From Selaginella moellendorffii (taxonomy: Eukaryota; Plantae; Lycopodiophyta): 64,000 nucleotides of DNA. This document shows, piece by piece, positions 12,854 to 25,010 of the stretch. The position numbers and the translations under genes were made by a program. Under the pieces are notes generated by a model. The model had not been told where the DNA came from. It ran no database searches and saw nothing but the letters and a program-made list of their open reading frames with translations. Numbering within the stretch: the first letter of the stretch is position 1; each line of letters starts with the position of its first letter. The stretch lies in assembly GCF_000143415.4 (NCBI RefSeq), contig NW_003314263.1, positions 285,114 to 349,113 of the forward strand, written 5' to 3'.

Positions 12854-13172
12854 ATGGTGGAGACGCTGGAGAAGGGTCCGTTGCGCGAGATTGTGGCGCA
12901 GCTCACCAGGCAATGGTTTCTAGAGGCGCTGGAACTTGCCATGGCTGGCGATCGCCAGATGCAACAATTGATTGGCAAAATGTTTTGCACGGGCTATGGA
13001 TGCCACGCCAATCTCAGCCAAGTGAGTATAACTAGTCGATATCTCTTCTTTTCTCTCTTGTATTGATTGTTCTTGGGCGCAGGGAATAGAATGGTTGAAG
13101 AGATCGGGCATGCCCGCCTCCGAGATAGAGGAGTTCCTCCACTCTCCTTCTGATGATGGCGATGCACTGTGA
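12854..13172 (+). CDS. Small conserved plant protein with a Sel1-like repeat (2 exons)
   Basis: PLREIVAQLTRQWFLEALELAMAGDRQMQQLIGKMFCTGYGCHANLSQ|GIEWLKRSG...DGDAL*. Intron 13022-13082 is GT-AG. Confidence 0.7.
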
Positions 13173-13204
13173 CTTTACTTCCTCTTGTAAAAACTTTCAA
13201 AGAC

Positions 13205-13418
13205 CAATAAGGTTAGGTTTTTAGGTTTGCTGTTGGTGCCGAATTTTTTTTGAAGTGCCCTGGTGGTGAGAAAGAGATTAGATTGTACTCTACTTAGGTA
13301 ATTGACTATCGTAAGCATTATAAAGCATGGGTGAAGCAGTGTAGTGATGAACTAAAAACGGGCTTGCAGAGGCTAGTACTTTATGGTTGTGACTGGCATT
13401 GATTGGCCAAAGCTTGAG
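13205..13418 (+). pseudogene. F-box/LRR gene remnant 3
   Basis: Similar to 7480-7800 (atgaactaaaaacg..gcttgcaga.gcta.tacttt..tggcattgattgg.caaagctt) and to 51140-51335. Confidence 0.55.
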
Positions 13419-13419
13419 A

Positions 13420-13862
13420 AATGGGTGGGATGATCCTTTGCTTCCTGGGCTGCGTCGAAGGGGCGTTCCGCTGAACGCAATCAACAACTTCTGCCGTGCG
13501 TATGAGATTGTCAATGCAAAGCCCAGACGGGATGTTCACGAGGACGATGGTGGTCTTCCAGCCGCTCAAGGTTCATCGCTTCACTATTTCTGTTCTTTCT
13601 TACGACTCCCCATGCACGCAGGTGACGATTATCAATTTTGAAGGGCACGAACAAGACCAGGTTGTGGAGGCGAAGCGCTTCCCGGACGCAAACTCCCCCA
13701 CGTACAAGGTTTGTTAAAAACACGATTTGCACAGAAGAAGGAAGAAATCATCTTTTTCAGACCGTATACATCGAGGGAACGGACTTTTGAGAGCACGACT
13801 ACTTTGGTCTGTCTAGAGGAAAGTCGGTCCTGTTGCGGTATGCATTCCCAATAACGTGCGTA
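13420..13862 (+). pseudogene. Glutamine--tRNA ligase internal fragment, intron-containing and disrupted
   Basis: GWDDPLLPGLRRRGVPLNAINNF, RTMVVFQPLK|VTIINF, VEAKRFPDA, YIEGTDF*EHDYFGLSRGKSVLLRYAFPITC. No N- or C-terminus and an in-frame stop. Confidence 0.85.
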
Positions 13863-13978
13863 TATGCAGCTGGAAGACTGATATGGAATGAATGAACAGA
13901 GAAAGAGAGAGATCCCTTACACCCTAAGCTAACTGGTTAAAAAGGTGATCACTTGATTGTAGGGACCTACACACATAT

Positions 13979-14009
<31 letters not shown>

Positions 14010-14022
14010 CGGAGACAGAGAG
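13979..14022 (+). repeat. (GA)n microsatellite in the TPL 5' leader
   Basis: Directly visible. Confidence 0.9.
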
Positions 14023-14080
14023 GGGGGGAGGGGGGCACAGCGCAGCGGCAGCGGCGGCAGGGGAAGCAGTCCAAGGAGAT

Positions 14081-14410
14081 ATGTCGTCACTCAGCCGGGA
14101 GCTCGTGTTCCTCATCTTGCAGTTCCTGGATGAGGAGAAATTCAAGGAGACGGTGCACAAGTGAGGAGATTTGTGGTTTGTTCTTGTTGGTGGATGTAAG
14201 TGTTATGTGATTTTGGCAGGCTGGAGCAAGAATCTGGCTTCTTCTTCAACATGAAGTACCTTGAAGATCAGGTCCAGAATGGGGAGTGGGACGAGGTGGA
14301 GAGGTACTTGTCTGGCTTCACCAAGGTGGATGACAATCGCTACTCCATGAAGATTTTTTTGGAGATAAGAAAGCAAAAGTACCTGGAGGCCTTGGACAGG
14401 TGAGTGACTA

Positions 14411-14455
<45 letters not shown>

Positions 14456-17400
14456 GTTTTTTTGCTTTTCTCTTATCTCTTGTGGCGAGCCGGTCTGTGT
14501 TGTTTGCAGGCAAGATAGAGCGAGGGCAGTGGAGATACTAGTCAAGGACCTCAAAGTGTTTGCGTCCTTCAACGAAGATCTGTACAAGGAGCTTACACAG
14601 CTTCTTACGCTGGGAAACTTCAGGTTTGAAGTGTAACAAGGCCCTTTTGTAGGCTGTCCTGACACGCTATGGACTTGGTTGCAGAGAAAACGAACAGCTG
14701 TCCAAGTATACGGACACGAAATCTGCCCGGAACATAATGCTATTGGAGCTTAAGAAACTGATTGAGGCCAATCCTTTGTTCTGGGAGAAGCTTGCATTTC
14801 CGGGGCTCAAAGCGTCACGGCTCCGAACGCTGATTAATCAAAGGTGCGTCCCTGCTTTTCCAGCTACTTCTGTGCTGATAGAAGAAATACATTTCGTTTT
14901 TTTCTTTTTTCCCAGCCTCAATTGGCAACATCAGCTTTGCAAGAATCCTAGGCCCAACCCAGATATCAAAACTCTGTTTGTAGATCATACCTGTGGCGCG
15001 CCGAATGGAGCCCGCGCGCCACCACCAGCAAACAGTACCTTGGTCGGGAGTCTTCCGAAAGGTGGCGGGTTCCCCCCCTTGGGTGCGCACATCGTACGTG
15101 CAACTTGCAGGCTTTACTTTTACTGTCTAACAGCTTTGGTTTTGAAACGTGTACAGCCTTTCCAACCAGCGGCCCCTACAGCTAGTGCACTTGCAGGCGG
15201 GATGGCCAATCCAAATCCTCCGTCACATCCAGGTGTTGTTGGAGAGCCTGCTGCTCTCGCCGGAGCTCTGAACCCAGGTCTGGTTTTTGTTCTATTGCCG
15301 CTTTCAAGTTTTCAGCTGAGTTTCTTTCAGCTGCAATGCTAGAGCGACCCAGGACGCTTCCGCCAGCCACTACGGTTGATTTCCAGACGGCTGATTCCGA
15401 GCACCTAATGAAGCGAAACCGACCTGTTGTGGAAGAGGTCGAGATGAAAGCGATAGTTTGAACTTTGTAAGTGACTTGCAAATGCAGGTGAACTTTCCGG
15501 GACCAAACATTCAGCAAGCGTCATACACGATAGATGATATTCCAAAGACTGTTGCGAGGACCATCAACGAGGGTTCCTGTGTTGCGACAATGGACTTCCA
15601 CCCTTTGCAGCAAGTCATTCTTTTAGGTACAGTGCCCGCCGTGGTAGAAACGCTCTGATCTTTCTTTTTTCTGGCAGTTGGTACAATTGTGGGTGAAATT
15701 GCTATTTGGGATGTGGCCACGCGGGAACGCCTCGCGCTGAAAACGTTCAAAGTCTGGGAGGTTTCAGTGTGTTCTATGCCTCTCCAGGTCTGCTCATGTC
15801 CTTTTTATGTCTAATTCTAGCGTTCTAACGTGCTTTACAGACTGCTCTCGTTGAAGACCCAGCAGTTGCTGTTACGAGGGTTGTTTGGAGTCCAGATGGA
15901 AATTTTATAGGTGCACGCGATTGTCATATGCTGTTGAGCTAACTCGTTTTGCATGCGTGCAGGGGTGGCTTTCAATAAGCACATTGTTCAGGTTTATCAG
16001 TATTTTGGAGGCGTCGAGCTACGGCAGCAAGTGGAGGTATGTACGCATTGTTTATACCTTGTGAAGACGAAAACACCTGAATGTTTCTCTTCCAACAGAT
16101 TGATGCGCATGTGGGGAGTGTGAACGATCTTGCATTTGCCCATCCAAACAAGCAACTGTGCATTATTTCTTGTGGCGATGACAAAACGATCAAGGTCTGC
16201 ATAATCGTTGAGAAAAGTATGGACTGAAAGGGCGATGAAAAAACCAGGTGTGGGATGCGGTGAGTGGTCGCAACAAATACACTTTTGAGGGTCACGAAGC
16301 GCCAGTGTACTCTGTTTGTCCGCATCACAAGGAAAGTATACAGGTAAGATTGTGAGTTGAGCGTGTACTCTGATTTCAACACTGTTGTTCTTGGCAGTTC
16401 ATATTTTCTGCAGCAATGGACGGCAAAATCAAGGCGTGGCTGTACGATTGCTTTGGTTCACGGGGTGACTTGGATGCGCCTGGAAGTTGGTGCACAACAA
16501 TGGCCTACAATGGCACAAGGTTTGTCTCGTTTGTCTCGTTTCTATCGTAAGACACGCGCTAAACGAGGCTGTGTGTTTTGTAGGCTCTTTTCGTGCGGAA
16601 CTAGCAAGGAGGGTGACTCATTCCTTGTCGAGTGGAATGAAAGTGAAGGGGCTATCAAACGCACGTACATTGGATTCCGTAAGAGAATGCCAAACGTTGT
16701 CCAGTTCGACACTAGGAACTGCTTTCTAGCGGTTGGGGACGAGTTCTCGGTCAAGTTCTGGGACATGGACAACATAAACTTATTGACCTCCATCGATGCC
16801 GACGGCGGATTGCCTGTAAGCACTTTTTCGTTTCGATGAAGATTCGTTGCTATAACGTTCTCTGTAGGCTTGCCCGCGAATTCGTTTCAACAAAGAAGGC
16901 TCTTTACTCGCAGTAACAACAATCGACAATGGTTTCAAGATTTTGGCTAATGCAGATGGCTTGCGGCTTGTACGGTCTTTTGAGGGTAACAAAGTACCTC
17001 CGGAAACAAAGGTATGACGGTCTATCCATGAAGGAATTTGTAAATTTGCATGTTTCTTCAGGGGAACGTTGCAAGTGCATCAGGCAGCGGGGTTGTGGCC
17101 ATTGACAGACCAGTTTCGCAACCGGTACCCTTTACTGGAGGGGTATGGACGGAAATTTCTTTTGAAATGCCTTATGACAAATATAACTGCAGAACGGCAT
17201 TGAAAATGGACGCCCGGAGACAAAACCCCGAACTACAGACGACTCAAACAAACTGTGGAAGCTAACTGAAATTGTGGAACCCTCTCATTGTCGTGCATTA
17301 AAGCTGCCAGATACTCTACCAGCAAGCAAGGTACTTGACTATTCGTAAGCTTGAGTCTTTACACTTTCTGCAACAGATATCAAGACTTACCTTCACAAAC

Positions 17401-17688
17401 AATGATCTGGGCTTATTAGCGCTCGCTTCTAGTGCAGTTCACAAGGTTTGGAAATGGTCTCGCAATCCACTTGGAAGAGTATGTGTGATGATCTGAATCT
17501 AGACCTTACCGATACTGACGCTCATTTTGTTCTTACAGGAAACTGCTAGTTTTCCACCACAACTAGCCCAGCCATCAAGTGGGATTCTCATGACCAATGA
17601 TACGACCGAGAACAATCCGGAAGAAGCTGTGCCTTGCATTACCTTGTCAAAGAATGACTCTTACGTGATGCTAGAAGGGTGCTCTTGA
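14081..17688 (+). CDS. TPL: TOPLESS-related corepressor, 3'-truncated (probable pseudogene)
   Basis: MSSLSRELVFLILQFLDEEKFKETVHKLEQESGFFF (LisH), CTLH, SLNWQHQLCKNPRPNPDIKTLF and WD40 exons up to CITLSKNDSYVM. The expected SASGGK is replaced by LEGCS* at 17671. Confidence 0.92.
14413..14453 (+). repeat. (CT)n microsatellite in TPL intron 2
   Basis: Directly visible. Confidence 0.9.
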
Positions 17689-20600
17689 GAAGGGAGGAGT
17701 TTAGAAGTTTGACTCGTGACACAAATGAAAATCCAAAGGCCAATCCAATGCACTATTTAAGTGCAAATGAGACTTTAACCTCAGTTTCCTTTGGAGTGAT
17801 TGGTGATATTTCTTTTCAATCGAATATTCAATGAATTGAGAGGCCATGAGTTTATTGGGTCTGGTGTGTAAGAAGATCAAAACCCATTCCCAAGTGAGTG
17901 ATATGTGGCAAGAGTAGTGGCTTGCTTTGTTGGAGGTAATGCTTTACCCCAGAAGTGTTGATAAGCAGTATATCATAACTAAGTAAAGCTTCTAGTGCTA
18001 GAAAAAGATATCCAAACTTATCAAGGAAAGCATATTTTTAACAGCCATTTTTGGTTCAAAGTACTTCTATATATATATTTATTTTTGAACAAAACTTATA
18101 TAAAAAGTACAAATATCTAAAATTGATACCAGTTTTGGTTTTAAAACACATAGATTTGGTTTGCTTCAACAAACCTATAGGGGGCTGGGGTTGTAGAATA
18201 TACTTAGATATTCTATGATATTTTATTATCTAGCAGGTATTATTTGTTTGTATTTATAAGTTATAAGATTTCCTAAACACTTCATAGTATATTTTAGTTT
18301 ATTCTTCTGTATAAACAACTAATTCACACATAGTCCCAACCCAACGTTCTAGCAGAAGCACTCCTTTTGGCATTTGACAAGCAGGTGATGTAATAGAGTG
18401 TTAGCTCCATAAACAGTGTCTCATCCCAAATAGAGGGATGTCATCTTTCAAGCATGGCATCTAAGCATGTGCTTTATGCTCATCTAAGGCCATTGTTTCC
18501 TCCTCATGCAGCAAGTTGCTTTGGAGACAAATATAGACACCACATGAGCATAACCAATATCTCTTGAGATGGACTTCTTAACAACATCATCAAACCCTTC
18601 CCCTTGATTTTAATTGCATTGGAGACAAGTAATGTGGTATGCTTTAATGCTTAAAATTATCAATTCTTCTTGCTGAATGAATAGTATGTCTTGTTTGTTT
18701 AGTGATAAGAGACAAAAGTTATCTTATGGCTGTAATATATATGAATTAGCAAGTTCATGTAGCAGGTTGCTCTTTGATTCTTCAACTTGATAAAATCAAT
18801 CTCCTTTTTTGAATTGTAAGTTTAGTAATCTATCACATTCCTAATATTTATGTCTGCCTCTACATCCTCTATAAGTTTTTGAAGTAACATGTAAGCCTGG
18901 GTATCTAGACAAAACACTTAATGTTCAATCTTGACTACTCTTTAGTTATAGTAGCTTTGCATATATAAAGTTTTTGCTCGAACTAACTAATGACAAATTG
19001 CAATCAGTCCATAAGGCAAAGTTGTGCAATCTACAACATTGAGGTAGATGGACAGATCTCTATGTTGTTTCCATGCTACAAGCCATAGAATACTCATTCA
19101 TCACACGAAGAAAAAGAAAGGATTAAACCTCTTCATACACATACCAAATGATCCTATTAGAGTAATGCTTCATCATAGTAATTCTTGAAAAGTTCAAATG
19201 TGTTCTTCTCTTCTAGAGCTGCGAAATTTGCCAGAGCTATAGGGGAAGTTTGAATACTTCTGTGAAATATTTCTACACTTAGATATCAAAAACCAAAAAA
19301 GAGCATTACCACAATACAATATACTTTGCTATTAGGGTTATAATCTTGGCTGTGCAATCTGGCTAACTCTCCCTTTAATCCTCCAAATCGAACTAACATG
19401 TTGATGGTAGTTGATATAATGGGATTTGCAGTGCATCATAAAACCTCCAAACATCATAGGGTAAAGAATTTTCGAAATCATGACCAAAATGATAAAGAGT
19501 TCATCATATAAGATGAAGTTTGAAACTAAGTCCGAGGTTGAGTCCAAGATTCGGGGGGGGGGGATGGGGATGGTTCTAAAAGGATAGTAGAGATAGACTT
19601 AATTTTGAAGGAACTCTCCAATTGTGTTTCTAAATTGAGTTGAGGTTAAGATTGGGGGGTTGGTGGCTTTGGTGGGAGTGAGCATGGACTCGAGGGGTGC
19701 TAAAGAAGCCATTCAAGAGAAAGCTCAAAAACAACTCTCACTCCCAGAAGGAAAATTGATTGCAATGTTTTTAGCTCAGATAAGATGTTACCCCACTTGA
19801 GTACTAGTCTTTGCTCCTTCTTAAGGGCTTGGGCTTTCCCTTTGAGACGGAGGTGGGAGAGTAGGGGTATCCATACTGGGTTATTAAGACATTTCCCTGT
19901 AAAAGAGATGCACCAAAAGTTTAGGATTTAAAAGGTTTTGTGATTAAATTTTGTTTTACCAAGGGATGTTAGAAACTTGGAAGTTTGGTATGTTTGGCTT
20001 CTTGAGTCTATGGGGAGTGTAGTCTAACTTTAAATTTAGCTTAACCTAAGGAAGGGGATTAAGAGAGAGTTTGGGAATCTATAGATAAATAGATAACACT
20101 TTGTTGCTTGTGTAGTGAGAAGTTGAATTTGAATAAGACCAAGTAAGAGTTGGTAAAATAGGCGGGAACCTTGGCAAGGGAACTTAATTGAGGCTAAGGT
20201 AATAGTTGGATAGACAAAGTAAATTGGCAAATTAGAAAAGGAAAATTTATAACTTAACCACTAAAGAGAGTTTTATTGTGAAGTACCTACTACATAAATT
20301 GTGTGAGAAAAAAATTGTAAGAAACTGAAGATAACAATCCATGGGGTTTAAATATAAAGAAAAAGGGCCCATAAATAAAAGTGCACCCCCTTTTCCAATT
20401 CTTGGGATATTTGGGGTTAAGTATTTTTGGGTTTGAATAATACTGGGTTGAGTAACTTTCCGGAAGTCTAAATTCAAGAGCTTACATTTGGTATTAAAAA
20501 GGTCTTAAATCCGACTCTATTGGTTGGCTAAGGGAATCATACCACATGTTAATTGACATCTGGCATGTTTAGTTTCCTAGGGGTAGGGTGTCAAGAGAGT

Positions 20601-20854
20601 GGGGCTTTCGGGAAAGTTGTGGTTTTCAGCTTCCATTCACGAGGGCGTGAACTTGTAGAGAAACATGGTGAATTGTAAATAACTAAAGAGAATGACTTGA
20701 AAGACGATCCATAGAGTTTAAATATAGAAGGAAAGGGCTTATGAACAAGAGTGCACCCTATTTTCTAATCGGTTAAGGGTTTTGGAATACTTAAAGTTAA
20801 ATGTCCTTAATATTAGATTAGATGACCTCCTAAAAAGTCTAAATTTAGGACATT

Positions 20855-22414
20855 ACACAAATTCCTAAGTCTCAAAGTGGAGCCCAAAGTGTGCCATATG
20901 GTAGTGGCCGAAGTAAAAGCCCAACAAGCATAACACGTTTGGATTAAAAGTTCTAACTCAGAAAATTGAAAGCAAGAGTGGAACTCCCAAAGAAGTGCTC
21001 AAGGAATAAATATGAAGCAAATTGGGGAGTGAGTCTCGAAAAGGGGACAAAAAATTACCAACATTTACCATCCCAATAAAGTGTTTATTTCTAAGCAATT
21101 AGAGAGTGAGTCTTGAAAAGGGGACAAAAAAATTACTAACACTTACCATCCCAAAGAAGTGCTCAAGGAACGATCATGAAGCAATTAGGGAGTGAGTCTC
21201 GAAAAGGGGACAAAAAAATTACCAACTTATGGCAAGTGTTGTGGCATGTGGAAGTGTCAAGACTGGGCTTAATACGAGTCTTGGATAGTATTGGGAGGAC
21301 TTAGTTTAACCAAAAAAGGCCAGTGTGACTAAAGAAGGCTACACACACTAGAGTCTGAAATAGAGTCTGAGGAATGTGAGATGAAGTTTGGGATGGAATT
21401 TGATATGTAGTCCAAGATGGAGTCAAAGAAGGAGTCCAAGATGGAGTTCAAGACCGAGACCCAAATTAAAATCAAGTTTGAGACCGGGTTTGAATTTGCA
21501 TCCAAATCTGAGTTTGAGGGTGAAAGCCCAAAGAGGTTGTCTCCTAAACCGTAGGGGGTTTAGTGAGTCCCTATGGGATAATACTGGGAGGACTTTAGTG
21601 TAACTAATTTAGCCAAAAAAGGCTAGTGTAACCGAAGAAGGCTACACACATGTGGGGGGAGATGATATAACTATTGAGGAATCCAAAGCTATAGTGAATA
21701 TGGATGGAGTAACTTGGTGAATTGTCCTAAAGGTAACTTTAGCTCCCTTGGGAGATTGGATAGTTGATACTCTTAATCCAAGTGTGGGTGGCACTACCTA
21801 CTTGGATACTTTGCATGGCTTATCAAAACCTCATTTTAGCCATATAACTAGGGCATTTTAGTGATGAAAGGTGAGAGGAGTACCCACAATGCTTCCATTT
21901 GGCCACAGTGTTTTGAAATGTTGTCCTAAAGTCTTAGATCATGGAAACAAAGTGGAGTGGTCTTTTTGCTTGGTGACTAAGGGTATAGTTATGTGGTAAG
22001 GAAGTCTTAGAGGTTAGTGGGATTGGCCTTCAAACCCTAAACTGGTGGTGGTGTTAGGAAGCTATCAAGGGATAGTGTTCCTCATGTGTTAAGGATGCTA
22101 AAGTGTGGTCATAGGATAACTACTCATGAATAGAGGGCCCAATCTTGAAAAAATGGGATTGTGTTATGGGTGATATTGAACTACCAATGAGACAAATGCG
22201 AATAGATATAAGTTTAATGTAATAGACTAAGATGTTAGTGGTACTTTTGATACATAGAACATTTGGATTAAGTTTAAATCTTGAGATCACATTTGGGGGT
22301 AAGTAAGTACCTCAAGGCAGATAAGGACCTATGGAAGTTGTGGGTGAGACTCTTCCAAAAGGTCAAAGGCATGGTTAAGTGACTAAAGTAAAATGAAAAA
22401 TTTAGTTGTTTACA
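20855..22414 (+). mobile_element. Old degenerate LTR of the central family
   Basis: Colinear with LTR 38330-40172, ending ttagttgtttaCA. Decayed array at about 21350-21515. AT-shifted. Confidence 0.8.
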
Positions 22415-22628
22415 AATTGCTTGATATTGTGTTGGATCTATTAGATGTTAGGTTCCATCTTGATACTCACCTCCCATTGCCATTTCTTGCTCGACTCAAG
22501 TGATTTAGCATAGCCTAGCCATAGCCTTCATTTGGTAGTGCCATGGCTATGGCCCCTAGCTGAGCAACACTATGGTGAGGGCCACAGGCCTGTCAAGTGC
22601 TACTGTACTATAACATTTCTAAATGGTA

Positions 22629-22912
22629 TGTGAGACACAAATCCCTAAGCCCTAAAGTGGAGTTGAGAGGGTGTCACATGGTAGTGGCTGAAGTAGAAGC
22701 TAAACAAATGTAACACATTTGGACTAAAAGCTTTAATTTGAAAAATTGAGAGTGAGAGTGGAACTCCCAACAAAGTGCTCAAATAAACACGAAGCAATCA
22801 ATAAGTGAGCCTTTAGAAAAGGAACATAAAAGGACCTACACATGATATGTAAAAGTGTTGGGATTGAGTCTGAGATGAACTTGAGATGAACTTGAGATGG
22901 ACCCAAAATCAG
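22629..22912 (+). mobile_element. 5' fragment of an LTR of the same family
   Basis: Starts TGTGAGACACAAATCCCTAAG and breaks off inside the gagatg array. Confidence 0.8.
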
Positions 22913-23124
22913 ATTATTTTTGTTTGACTTGTGCCCAACTATAGAAGGGTTGTTGAGCTTATGTAGTGAGAAACTCTTCGTTCTTCAAGATAAAAGTTTT
23001 ACCTAAGCATTCTAAGGCATGCATTGCTAATGCAAGATGATACCAAAAACTCTTAAGTCCACATTATCTTTGTCCCTTCTCAGCCTTGTGTTTTGCGCAA
23101 GTCAAAATATATCATGCCAATCCA

Positions 23125-23320
23125 ATTCCATGGCATCCAAGACAGAGGCTGTTCAACAGAAATCTAGAACAAATGTAATATGTTAGTGTAAAGAAGAAAA
23201 AAAAGCAAATAAGTTCCTTGCCATACAAAGAGCACTTCAAGAGAACCATAGAAGCCATACATGGCAACCATATAAAACACCACAACTAAGGCTATGATGG
23301 CCACAAACCACTACTACGGA
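23125..23320 (-). pseudogene. AUX1/LAX fragment (paralogous copy of about 11750-12000)
   Basis: Reverse strand reads VEQPLSWMPWNWIGM and ttgccatgtatggcttctatggttctctt, with the intron retained. Confidence 0.8.
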
Positions 23321-23324
23321 GTAG

Positions 23325-23575
23325 TGTTGGCACTTTGGTTTCTTGATGTATATGTCATTAGCACTCATTGTATTTTGCATGCATGCGAAACATGTGTATC
23401 TTTTCTTCTAAGACCAAAGCAAACCAAAGAACTTACTTCTGCAGTCAACTCAAGAATGTGTGTAAGAGGAAGGTATCCAATAGACACATCCTTGGGATTA
23501 ATATCACATTGTCTCCACAATGTTTTGGTGCAACATCATCACCCCTAATGAAAACTTTTGAGTAACACTCTCATT
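23325..23575 (-). pseudogene. LACS fragment (copy of about 53905-54210)
   Basis: Reverse strand cttcctcttacacacattcttgagttgactgcagaagtaag matches the LACS exon-intron boundary (YLPLxHILELTAE|gtaag). Confidence 0.85.
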
Positions 23576-23699
23576 TTGAAAAAAGTTTTGTATTAAAAAA
23601 CATGTGCATTTATCTTTAAATATCTATCCAGAATAAGAAAAAAAATACCTATCAATAAAAATACCAAAAATAAAAAGCTATCTTGTTAAAGTGGCAATA

Positions 23700-24100
23700 A
23701 GACCAAGTCACAATTCAGTGTCTTGCAAAATTCAATAACCACAACCATAATTTCCTCTACAAGCTTTTTGTTCAATCTCAATTATTGGAAGTGAATTGAT
23801 CGAGCTGTCATTAGTACTCTCTCCTAAGAATTGTTTCATTGCTTTCTTATGCCCTTCAATTTTCAAATGAGACAAAAATTCTTACTATGTCATGCTTAAC
23901 ACCACTATTGAAATCTTTGTTGCATTCTAAACAAAGAATCTCAGAAATCACCTTTCCTTTCACATCCTTTGTTATAGTTTCAAACATGTCCAAACTCTAA
24001 GCTTCAGCTTAACTTTGTTGACAATATTTTTCCACCTTAGACTAGTTTTGCTTCAGAAAGGATCAATAGTTTCTCTTTTTAGTAGCAGCTTAGAAAAAAA
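23700..24100 (-). mobile_element. Possible decayed zinc-finger fragment of a DNA transposase
   Basis: Broken frames give ISEILCLECNKDF...HLKIEGHKKAMK (CxxC...HxxxxH). AT-rich with many stops. Confidence 0.3.
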
Positions 24101-24199
24101 GAGATTGAATGAATAAGATTATATAGAACTGTTATCGAGTCTAAAAAAGTTTTATTGTTGACTAAAATACTCCCTTAAAGGTTTAATGTTCACAATCAA

Positions 24200-25010
24200 A
24201 TCCCTAATTCCTCTCATTTTCGGGAAGTTCTAATTGGAAGATTATGTAGGCATGCAATTGATTGGCTGCTCAAGGAATATATGCTACCTCATTGGCCATG
24301 GAACTTTGCCTTCCATGCACCTTCCTTTGGTGTAACTAGCCAAGGAACTTCTCTGGAAAATCTTTTAACAATGTTTGGAGTCACCGATTTTTGAGAAGTT
24401 CATGGGAACTAGGACAAAGAAAACCTCCAAAGCCTTTCAAGATTGATGTGCAAAAAAACTCTAGCTCTTCTATTTGTCTAGGATTGCATTGGTAGATTTT
24501 GAAAAGCAATATTGATGTGAGTGCAACAAGGCTGGACTATTGAGCTCTCCAAAGTGACGATCCAGTTGGAATCACAGTCCACAACAAAGTAGCCTAGAAC
24601 ACTCTACGAGAAGGTTGTAGAGTTTATCAAGTGAGGGTATGTTTATGTGGAAAGGATTACTCTCTTTGAAGTAAAAATCCATGGTAAAGAAACAATAGAG
24701 AAAGACGTGGCAAGAAAGAGGTACCTTTGAGCCATTAAACAGTATCCTAAAGGTTGGCATTGAACTCATCCTCCGAATTCGTCTCGTCCAGCCTGTTAGA
24801 GCCAAACAGCAAAAGGCATTACCTCTACATGCATGGACACAGGTAGCAATTTCACAAAGCCAAAGTTCATTAACCGTGACCTTAGCATGACCAAATGCTA
24901 TATCCATTGAGGTGGCACTGAGATGCTTCTCCAGCTTTTCTCTCAAGTTGGACGAACGTCTATTGCTTTGCTTGATGTCTATGGCCAACTTAAGGCATAA
25001 TCTAGCTCCC
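24200..25010 (-). mobile_element. Possible decayed L1 LINE ORF2 (RT region) fragment
   Basis: Broken frames GELNSPALLHSH..SKSTN..SFFAHQS and VHGRQSSMANEVAYSL resemble the L1 RT motifs LIPK/FRPISL and GRQ..ANE in the correct order. Confidence 0.4.

Noticed and set aside
17671-17700. Helitron 3' end (CTAG) at the TPL break
   Set aside because: No subterminal hairpin and not an A|T target.
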